Source of the DNA: an uncultured Actinomycetes bacterium
GTDB taxonomy: Bacteria > Actinomycetota > Actinomycetes > Streptosporangiales > Streptosporangiaceae
Direction of reading: 5' to 3'
Assembly: GCA_963739135.1 (NCBI GenBank)
Contig: CAVTZG010000026.1
Span: forward strand, 192,105 to 256,104
Length of the DNA: 64,000 nt
Part shown: piece by piece, positions 53,610 through 61,926 of the stretch
Layout: each line of letters opens with the position of its first letter
Position numbering within the stretch: the first letter of the stretch is position 1
Made by a program: the position numbers and the translations under genes
Notes under the pieces: generated by a model
What the model saw: only the letters and a program-made list of their open reading frames with translations
Told to the model about the DNA's origin: nothing
Database searches by the model: none

Positions 53610-55659
53610 CAGGATTCCTTCCGTTTGCCGTGTTTGCCGAGTCCGCGGCCAGGGCCGTCACAAGCACACCTGCCAGCGCCGTGTAGGCGATCCTGGTCTG
53701 GGGATTCAGCGCCCTCTGCGGATGTGAGACCGGCGGCGGCCCGGGACGCGCAAACAGAAGATCATCCCACGGGACCCGGACGATGGCCCGGCACCGGCCC
53801 CTGGCCACGGACTCGGCCCGCAGCACGTCCTCCATCGTGCGCCGGCTCACGCCATTGACCACCGTCACCGCCCGGCCAACCAGCTCACCATAGCCGTGCG
53901 CACCGAGCCACTGCTGGGTGCTGGCCAGCGAGGTAGCCGCGTCCGGGCTGGCCGGGACGACCAGCACCAGCTGATCGGCCGTCGGCACCACCCGGTTCAG
54001 GCTGCCGGGCGCCGGGTCGATCACGGTCAGCAGGTACCGTGCGGCGAGCAGGTCGGCCAGCCGCTGATAGTCATCGGGATCCAGTCCGCTCCCGCCGGTG
54101 CCCGGCAGGTCAGCGACCACCTCGAGCCTCGCGCCCGAGCCGCTCGCCCGCTCGTCGGGCTGCCGGCCGGCCAGGAGCGCCCGGACCGAGACGGCCGGAG
54201 CACGGCGGGCGGCCAGCGAGGTGGCGCCGGGATTGAGGTCTACGGCCGCGACCGCCGCTCCGCGCAGCGAGGCCAGGACGTGGCCGGTCATCTGGACCGT
54301 GAGCGTCTGCCCCGCACCCCTGGTACAACCCAGGACGGCGATCCGGCGCGGACCCGCTAGCGGCAGCCGGGCCCGGTCGCGGTGCAGCGCCTCCTGATCC
54401 TGCTCACCCGGCCTCTGGCCGACGGGCACTACCTTCACCTGGTGCCGCCAGCTCGCTTCGCCACGACCGGCCGGTCCGGCCAGCGCCTGCTCGTCGATCT
54501 CGGTGCGGCAGGTGCCGCACACCACGCTGCTGGGCTCGGGGTGGCCTGGGTCACCGATGCCGACGTCGACCGGGGTCGGGGTGCTGCAGGTGATACACGG
54601 GATCTTGACGCCGAACCGGGCCGCGCCGATCGCGTAGGCGATGGCGGCGACCTGGTCAGCCTGGCCGGTCACGCCCAGCTCGCGCAACGCAGCCGCGGCT
54701 GGGGCGAGCTTGCGCCACCAGCCGCGGATGCCCCGCAGCTGGCTGAGCGTGACAATGATTGCTTCGGGGAACGAAGCATGCTCAGGGGAGAGCGTGAGCT
54801 CGGGAAACGAGGCAGCCACCGGCTCCGGCCGGAACATGGGAGCGGAGGATGCCGTGGGCGGACCGCCCGGATCGCTAAGGGGTTCGGAGTCGTGGGAAAC
54901 CTCGGGCGTCCCGGGATCCGGAGTCCCCGCCGCATGAGACGGCGCGATCATCCACGCCGGCCGGAGATTGGGCACAGGAGCGCGATCGCAGGCCGACTCC
55001 GGCGCCCCAGTCCCCGGTGCGGATCCGCGGGGCCAAGGAGACCACGTGAGCTTGGCTCGCGGTGCTGCCTTCACCGGTATCGCTTCGGGCCGAGCCGATG
55101 CCCGCGCGGATACCCGCACATGCGCGGAGGGCGGTACGACCGGATCGGGGGCCGGTGCCGCGACAGCGGGCGAGGCCGCTCTCCCGGCCACGAACGGAGG
55201 CCGGGCCTCGGCCACATTCGTGCTGGCGGCTTGCAGCGCGGGTGCGCCCGGCCGGGCTCGGGCCGGCGCCTTCTTGGGGCGGACCTTCGGCGGATGTGCA
55301 TGCCACACGCGCGCGGACACCAAGATCTCGTCCTTCTCCGCGAAGGGCGCCATCCGGCACCAAGCCCGCGGTTCGCTCATGTACCGGACCTGAGAGGTGA
55401 CCAGCTCGGGCAATCGCTTACCCTCGATGACCGGTCTGGTCGTCAGCCAAGTGAGGACTCCGGGCGGCAGTACGTAAAGCCACACGAGGGTGTGGTTGAA
55501 CGGCAGGCCGACAGCAATAAGGAGGACCACATAGGGAACCGTTATCCCGACGAACACGCCAATCCAGGTGATCGGCAGAGGAGCTGGCAGCCGAAAATCG
55601 TATAGCTTGTACAGCCGCTTTTCGATTCGCCAGATGTTCGTGTAAGTGGGAAGATCCAC
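53593..55659 (-). CDS. fusion protein: TcpE/VirB3-like membrane N-terminus + Pro-rich linker + Cys4 zinc-ribbon + ParA/MinD-like domain
   Basis: N-terminus NIWRIEKRLYKLYDFRLPAPLPITWIGVFVGITVPYVVLLIAV (TcpE-like). Zinc ribbon CITCSTP...CGTCRTE. C-terminus RRIAVLGCTRGAGQTLTV...VVDLNPG...LTVIDPAP...LVLVVPAS (deviant P-loop ParA/MinD-type layout). One uninterrupted frame. Confidence 0.6.
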   Translation of the reverse strand: MDLPTYTNIWRIEKRLYKLYDFRLPAPLPITWIGVFVGITVPYVVLLIAVGLPFNHTLVWLYVLPPGVLTWLTTRPVIEGKRLPELVTSQVRYMSEPRAWCRMAPFAEKDEILVSARVWHAHPPKVRPKKAPARARPGAPALQAASTNVAEARPPFVAGRAASPAVAAPAPDPVVPPSAHVRVSARASARPEAIPVKAAPRAKLTWSPWPRGSAPGTGAPESACDRAPVPNLRPAWMIAPSHAAGTPDPGTPEVSHDSEPLSDPGGPPTASSAPMFRPEPVAASFPELTLSPEHASFPEAIIVTLSQLRGIRGWWRKLAPAAAALRELGVTGQADQVAAIAYAIGAARFGVKIPCITCSTPTPVDVGIGDPGHPEPSSVVCGTCRTEIDEQALAGPAGRGEASWRHQVKVVPVGQRPGEQDQEALHRDRARLPLAGPRRIAVLGCTRGAGQTLTVQMTGHVLASLRGAAVAAVDLNPGATSLAARRAPAVSVRALLAGRQPDERASGSGARLEVVADLPGTGGSGLDPDDYQRLADLLAARYLLTVIDPAPGSLNRVVPTADQLVLVVPASPDAATSLASTQQWLGAHGYGELVGRAVTVVNGVSRRTMEDVLRAESVARGRCRAIVRVPWDDLLFARPGPPPVSHPQRALNPQTRIAYTALAGVLVTALAADSANTANGRNPGEHSD

Positions 55660-55694
55660 TCCCGTCCCGCCTCTTCTTCCTGAGTCAGTCGGGA

Positions 55695-55952
55695 TCAGTG
55701 GACTCCGAGCGCGTTCGCTATGCCGGTGGCAAGTGTCTGGACGATGCTGGGCGTGTAGAAAACTACCGCAATGGCCACGGCAAGCACCATGAACTGCACG
55801 AACCGGGTGATCTCACGAGTGAAGAGGAAGAAGATCGCGACGATCCCCACGATACCGAGGAACAACGGCCCGAAGAGCCCCTGCAGGTAGGTGACAAGAC
55901 CCTGCGTGCTCAAGGCCACTGGAGCGGTCGCAGCGGTAATCTGAGTGAACAT
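55695..55952 (-). CDS. small 2-3 TM membrane protein (pilin-sized, VirB2/TrbC-position gene)
   Basis: 85 aa, MFTQITAATAPVALSTQGLVTYLQGLFGPLFLGIVGIVAIFFLF.... First gene of the T4SS-like operon. Confidence 0.5.
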   Translation of the reverse strand: MFTQITAATAPVALSTQGLVTYLQGLFGPLFLGIVGIVAIFFLFTREITRFVQFMVLAVAIAVVFYTPSIVQTLATGIANALGVH

Positions 55953-56061
55953 ACGATGGCCCTTCCGGGATCACACGAGCGGGTAGATAGCGAGGCGGGC
56001 GCCACTGAGCGAATGCTGGCGCGTTTTCTGTCATCACCTCCGATTTCCTGCGGCCGATCCA

Positions 56062-56090
56062 AATTGTTCACGAATCTCCCGAACAATTTC
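56062..56090. promoter_or_regulatory. perfect 9-bp inverted repeat (AAATTGTTC-N11-GAACAATTT) in the leader of the T4SS-like operon
   Basis: Read directly. Lies in a visibly less GC-rich ~520-bp intergenic region, ~110 bp upstream of the first operon gene. Confidence 0.3.
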
Positions 56091-56470
56091 ACCGCAATGT
56101 GACGGATCGCGCCGCCGGGCACGTGCGGGTCCCGCGGAGCCGAGCGATACCGGTCTAGAGCTCTGACACCGGACCACGGCACGGTGAGCAGCAGCGAAGC
56201 CGCACCGTGCATGGAAGAGCACTTTCCGTCACCAGCGCCGAGCGCACGAACCATCCCACCTCCGCACATGTCCGCAGTCGGCCGAACCGAGCGCGGCTAT
56301 TCCTTTGCGCGACCCGTCGTACGCCGTGTCATCGCGACCGTGAACCGGCTACAGCGCATCACCCTAACAGTTACGCGGACAAAACGACCAAGGTTTGCTA
56401 AACGTCGCAGACACAAATGACTCGACCCGGTTTGAAACGTGTGTTCGGCTCGGGCTCAGGGCCGATCACG

Positions 56471-57712
56471 TCACGGGCTCGGCGAGGCGAACTCGACCCG
56501 GAGGATGGCCTGGCCCTGAACGGGCCCGGAGATCGCTCTCTCCGGGCGGATCCGGGCATCGGCCCCGTTCAGGACGGCCCAGACCGCGCGCGCGTATGCG
56601 GCTGTATCCATGTGGGCGGCCGGGATGCTCTCGGCCAGATCGGCAAAGCCGAGCGGAACGCGCGGACTGGCGCCTGGGCCCAGGTTCCCGAATCGCACGA
56701 TGAAAATCGGCTCATGTCCGGCCACCGATGCGAGCGCCAGCAGCAGCCGCAAGTCGACCTGGCCGGCCAGCAACTGGCTCCTCGCGGCGGCCGACAACGC
56801 AACCTGGGAATCATGCAGCAGCACGGCGCCGTAGGTCTTACCGTTGGCCAGGTCCGCGCTGAGCGCGGCCTGGTACGCGGCCGCGCCATGCGGCGCGACC
56901 ACCCGGACGGTAATCGCGCCGGTCCCGGAGCCGAAGGACGCCAGGACGGCTGGCGCCCAGGCGATGGCGAGGCTGCTGCCGAACAGCGCACGTACCGTAG
57001 CCGTCTCGACGACCAAGACCGAAGGCACCGGATCTGGCGACGTTGGCCCGAGCACGACCAGCTTGCTCACGGGGAAGCCATACGCCTGGAGCGCGGCGCA
57101 CATCACCGCGTCACATGACACGGTGACATCCGGGCTGACCTGCTCGGCGACCCAGGCGGCAGCCTGCGCGCGGACGGTCGCCGGCGAGGCGGAGTAGTGG
57201 TCTACCGCGACGGCGCCCAGCGACCCGATGACGATAACGGCCAGGCCCAGCGCGATCAGGCGAGCCCCAACCCGGCGTCGTGGCTTTTCCGGCCCGACCC
57301 CGACCGCGGGCTGGGGCTTGACCGCGAAGCCGAGCCATTTGGTGACATGAGCCTTGAGGACGGGCCCGGTGATGCGCTCGCGTGTGGCGGCCGATTCGAC
57401 CGCGGCGGCGCCATTACGCTTCCGCTTGATGCCGTTCGCCGGGAAGCTGGACTCTCCCAGGCCCGCTACCTCGCTGACTACGGATTCCGGCGGCCGCTCG
57501 CGCCCGGGCGGATCGGTCGTTCGGTCCTGGGATGCGCGCTCCTGCTCGTCGGCGTCCGCCTCCGCGAGCTCGGCTAGCACCGCCGCCTGGATGCGCTGCC
57601 GCAATTCCTCCGGCAGCGCCAGCGCAATAGGCGAAACCGGCCCGGCCCGGCCCGCGCCTGGAACGCGCTGGGGCAGTTCCGTGCCCCGGTCTTTGTCTGC
57701 CATACAGGTCAA
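56471..57712 (-). CDS. membrane-anchored hypothetical protein
   Basis: 413 aa with a charged N-terminal region, one TM helix (LIALGLAVIVIGSLGAVAV) and a ~230-aa C-terminal domain. No family was recognised. Confidence 0.5.
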   Translation of the reverse strand: MTCMADKDRGTELPQRVPGAGRAGPVSPIALALPEELRQRIQAAVLAELAEADADEQERASQDRTTDPPGRERPPESVVSEVAGLGESSFPANGIKRKRNGAAAVESAATRERITGPVLKAHVTKWLGFAVKPQPAVGVGPEKPRRRVGARLIALGLAVIVIGSLGAVAVDHYSASPATVRAQAAAWVAEQVSPDVTVSCDAVMCAALQAYGFPVSKLVVLGPTSPDPVPSVLVVETATVRALFGSSLAIAWAPAVLASFGSGTGAITVRVVAPHGAAAYQAALSADLANGKTYGAVLLHDSQVALSAAARSQLLAGQVDLRLLLALASVAGHEPIFIVRFGNLGPGASPRVPLGFADLAESIPAAHMDTAAYARAVWAVLNGADARIRPERAISGPVQGQAILRVEFASPSP

Positions 57713-58168
57713 ACCCCCTGACCAATGCGCGGGCCGCCGCGACCGGGGGTGAGGCAGCCGTGCCTTGAGTCGGCGCCGTGACCGGCGCCAAGGGCTCTGC
57801 CACGTACTCGATCGCTGGCCCGTGGTCCATCGACGGCACCTGCCCGATATCGGGGCCTGCCAAGGTGCCTCGCCAGCCCAGGTTTCGGGCGCCGCGTGGC
57901 TGACCTAGTGTGCTGGAGGCATTCACTTAACGCATCACTGCCGTCGGCATCTGGACACCGTAGTCAGACGGTAACCTCCCGGTTCCTCCCCAGGGGCGTG
58001 TTTCGGGAATTTTGCGGAGAAAGTCCCCTGCCGAGTATCACCTCGCCCCATGACCTACGCCAACAACAGCTCGCCAAACGCAAGGACCCACGCGGGAGCG
58101 AGCCCGTCTTCCGCCCCGACTGTCACCCGTTAGCGTTGCCGGGTCGTCGTAGACCCACTTACCGGGCC

Positions 58169-59359
58169 TTAGGGAGCCAGCCGGACCGGCAGGGACTCCA
58201 GGCCGTGAATCAGCGTGCTGGGCCGCCAGCGCAGCGATCCGGCGGGCACCGCCAGCGTGATCGAGCCGAACCGGTCAAGCAGCGCGCCGAACGCGATCTC
58301 GGCCTCCAGCCGGGCCAGCGGCGCGCCCAGGCAGTAGTGGATGCCGTGCCCGAACGCCAGGTGCCCCGCGCTGTCCCGGTCCAGGTCCAGCCGGTCCGGG
58401 TCGGCGTAGCGGGCCGGATCACGGTTCGCCCCGCTCAGCGCCACGATCACCGCCTCGCCCGCCGCGATCTGCGCGCCGCCGATCTCGATCGGCTCGGCGG
58501 CGCACCGGTAGGTCGCGTGGTTGACCGGGTTCACGTAGCGGAGGAACTCCTCCACCGCGCCGCCGATCAGCCCCGGGTCCGCCCGTAGCCTGGCCATCTG
58601 ACCGGGGTTGAGCAGCAGCGCGAGCGTGCCGCTGGCGATCAGGTTGACCGTGGTCTCATGCCCGGCCACCAGCAGCAGGAACACCATGGCGACCAGCTCG
58701 TTCTCCCGCAGCCGGTCGCCCTGGTCCCGGGCCAGGACCAGCGCCGACAGCAGGTCATCGGCGGGCTGGCGGCGCTTGGCCGCCAGCATGGCCCGGAAGT
58801 AGCGGATCATCGCCGTGGTGTCCGCCACGAACACCTCAGGCCTGGCCGTGTTCGACACGATGGTGGCCGACCAGGCCCGGAAGTCGTCCCGGTCCGCCAC
58901 CGGTATGCCCAGCAGCTCGCAGATCACTGTGATCGGCAGCGGGAACGCGAACGAGGCCAGCAGGTCCACCTCGCGCCGGGTCGACATGTCGTCAAGCAGC
59001 TCCGCGGTGATGGCCGTGATCCGCGGCCGCAACCGCTGCACGCGGCGCACGGTGAAGGCCTTGTTCACCAGCCTGCGCAGCCGCTCGTGATCCGGCGGGT
59101 CGCTGTTGAGCATGTGCATGTCCAGCGCGGCGAGCATGGAGTCCGGCTCGGGATGCCAGCCCGGCATGGTCTTGCGCAGCCGCGGGTCGGCCAGCGCGGC
59201 CCGCGCCTCGGCGTACCCGGTGACCAGCCAGGCGGGTATGCCGCCCGGCATGACCACGGCCGAGACCGGCCGCTGCGCCCGCAGCCGGGCGTGCACGGAG
59301 TAGGGATCGGAGAAATACTCGGCGCCGAGTTCCTCGGCGACCGTGTTCGCCTGCGTCAC
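58169..59359 (-). CDS. cytochrome P450
   Basis: Heme-binding loop FGHGIHYCLGAPLA, EEFLRY (ExxR) and AGHETT I-helix. Confidence 0.92.
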   Translation of the reverse strand: MTQANTVAEELGAEYFSDPYSVHARLRAQRPVSAVVMPGGIPAWLVTGYAEARAALADPRLRKTMPGWHPEPDSMLAALDMHMLNSDPPDHERLRRLVNKAFTVRRVQRLRPRITAITAELLDDMSTRREVDLLASFAFPLPITVICELLGIPVADRDDFRAWSATIVSNTARPEVFVADTTAMIRYFRAMLAAKRRQPADDLLSALVLARDQGDRLRENELVAMVFLLLVAGHETTVNLIASGTLALLLNPGQMARLRADPGLIGGAVEEFLRYVNPVNHATYRCAAEPIEIGGAQIAAGEAVIVALSGANRDPARYADPDRLDLDRDSAGHLAFGHGIHYCLGAPLARLEAEIAFGALLDRFGSITLAVPAGSLRWRPSTLIHGLESLPVRLAP

Positions 59360-59372
59360 GCCTTGCCCCTCG

Positions 59373-61830
59373 TCAGATTCGGCCGTCAGAACCGGCGACC
59401 CCCGCCCCCGTCATCTTAAGTAATAACTTGATCGGAGTAAAGGAATTGTCCCCCTCGTCGAGGGGCCCGGGGGGTACAGGGGGTACGGGGGGGCGGGCAG
59501 CCCCCTCGTGCGCAGGGGGGCTCTGGGGGGGATCGCTCCCCCCGAGGAAATAGAGCCGGGACGGCCACCAGTTCCACCGGCCGATCAGCACCACGGCCGA
59601 CGGCACCAGCAGCGTCCTGACCAGGAAGGTGTCCATCAGCACGCCGAGCGCGAGGCCGACGCCGACATCCACGATCGTCCGGACGTTCTGCGCCCCCGCG
59701 CTTCCGGACCCCACGATGGCCAGCACGCCGAACGTCCCGGCCAGCACCAGGCCCGCCGAGGTGACCGTGGTGCCGGTGACGCGCAGCGCCCGGCTGACCG
59801 CCTCGGGCAGCGGTAGCCGGTGCGCCTCTTCCCTGATCCTGGTCATGACCAGGATGTTGTAGTCCTCGCCCAGCGCCAGCAGGAACATGAACAGCAGGAA
59901 CGGCAGGATGAAGGTCAGTCCCGGCTGGCCGGCGGCCTTGACGAACACCAGCACGGTCAGGCCCAGGGCCGAGAAGTACGACAGCACCACGGAGACGATC
60001 AGGTACAGCGGCGCGATCAGGCTGCGCATCACCAGCGCGAGCAGGACCGCGATCACGGCGATGGCGATCGGGATGACCGTGCGCAGGTCGCTGTCGGACA
60101 GCTGGGCGACGTCGTAGGTGAACGGCGCCTGGCCGGTCACGCCGAAGGCCGACGCCCCGGCCGCCCGCGCCGCCCGGGCCGCGTCGGCCCGGATCGCGGG
60201 CACCGCCTCCTCGGCGAGGGTGCCGGCCGGGTTGCCCGCGGCCAGCGCGGTCGCGAACGAGAACCGTGTCCCCGTCGGCGCTCACGTACGACCCGCTGGC
60301 CCGGTAGGACTGGTAGGCGGCCAGCGTGACCCGCGGGACCTGCCCGCCCGGTGCGGCGGTCAGCGCGCGCGGCGGCCCGTAGGCGGCGTGCAGCGCGGTG
60401 TACTGCGCCGCGGTCAACGCGGTCCCGTTGGCGTTGAAGGGCCCGGACACCGCGGCGAACTGCGGGTCGGCGGCCAGCTGCCGCTCGGCCGCGGCCACCG
60501 CGGCCGCGGCCGCCCAGACCGGCTGGCGCAGCCGGAACACGATGATGGTGGGGTTGGCCGCCGACTGCGGGAAGTGCTCGGCCAGCAGCGCGTTGCCCAG
60601 CGCAGAGTCGCTGCCGGGCGGCGCGGTGGCCGCCCCGCCGAACCCGGCGGCCAGGTAGCCGGCTGAGGCCACCGCCAGCGCGGCGAACACGACCAGGCCC
60701 GCCACCAGCGTGGCGGCCGGCCGGTGCACGATCCGGGCACAGGCCGGTCCCCACCAGCCGGCCCGGCCGCCCCCCGGCTTGACCGAGGACGGCCAGAACG
60801 CGACCGGCCCGAAGATGGCCAGCAGCGCGGGCAGCAGGGTCAGCCCGGCGATTAGCATCAGCCCGATCGCGATGGCCAGCGGGGCGGCCAGGCCGGAATA
60901 CAGGCTGAAGGAGGCGGTGGCCAGCGACAGCAGCGCGGCGATGAGGATGCCGGCCGAGAACGTGATCGTCTCGCCGACCCGCGCGACCCCCAGCACGATC
61001 GCCTCATGGCAGCTCAGCCCGGCGCGCATCTCCTCCCGCACCCGGAACATCAGGAACAGCGCGTAGTCGGTACCCGCGCCGAGCACCAGGACGATCAGCA
61101 GCAGCGAGGCGATCTGCGACACCGACAGGCCGCCGACGGCGGCCTCGGCGGTCAGCCGCTCGGCCACCAGCACGACCACGATGGCGGGCAGCACCGCGAT
61201 CAGCGGCGCCAGCGCCGACCGGAACACCGCGACCAGCAGCGCGATCACGAACAGGATCGAGAACCACTGGACCTGCCCGCCGGTCTTGCCCGAGGTCGCG
61301 TTGTTGTCCACCCGGGTCGCCACCGGCCCGGCGGTATGGGCCGCCAGCCCGGCCGGCAACACGGTGGCCTGGATGACGTCGCGCAGCCCGGCCACCAGGC
61401 TGGCCTGCTGCGAGGTGGCCAGCCCGCCGGACCGGGCCAGCGCGGCCAGCACGGTGAGCTGCTCGGCCCGGCCGTCGGCAGACTCCCCGGCGTCCCGCGC
61501 CGCGGTCACCCGCGCCACCCGGCCGAGCGCGGCGGCCAGCCGGGCGATGGCCGCCAGGTCGGTGCCGGTCAGCGGCCCGCCGGGCCGGGCGACGACCACG
61601 CCGACCGCGGTCAGCGAGGCGCTCTGCAGCGGCGAGGCCAGCTGGGCGGCCTGCTCGCTAGGCGCGCTGGCCGGCAGGAACGAGGTGTTGTCGCTCTGCG
61701 TCACGCTGGACAGCGACGGGAGCAGCACCATGGCCGCGATCGTGCCCGCCACCCAGGCCAGCAGGATGGCCCAGCGGAAGCGGACGGCCAGCCGGCCGGC
61801 CGCCGCAAAGGAGGTACCCACAGAAGCCAT
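59373..61830 (-). pseudogene. MMPL-family RND transporter, interrupted by a 1-nt frameshift (or sequencing error)
   Basis: N-terminal two-thirds is in the frame of ORF 59416..63996 (MASVGTSFAAAGRLAVRFRWAILLAW...GAGTDYALFL...). C-terminal third is in ORF 59373..60203 (LGEDYNILVMTRIREE...). The frames switch within 60264..60281. Confidence 0.8.
59440..59548 (-). repeat. G-run/C-run dispersed repeat, reverse-orientation copy (3' end of MMPL gene)
   Basis: The reverse complement ctcgggggggagcgatcccccccagagcccccctgc...ccccccgtaccccctgtaccccccggg matches the start and end of copy 1. Confidence 0.75.
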
Positions 61831-61926
61831 CGTCGCCGGCCAGAGGGCGAAGCGGTTAGGACTGACAGCCATCGTGGCCGGCGCGGGATGGAATATGTAG
61901 GACGACCAGGAGCGTAAAGTTGCTTC

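Noticed and set aside
49422-53858. 1478-aa + strand ORF
   Set aside because: It is antisense to the VirB6-like and VirB4-like genes. It is extremely Arg/Gly/Pro/His-rich and has no Walker motifs or TM pattern.
55813-56269. small minus-strand ORFs (55813..56037, 55910..56269) upstream of and overlapping the 85-aa gene
   Set aside because: They are out of frame with the membrane-protein gene and have an implausible composition. The region is more likely the operon leader.
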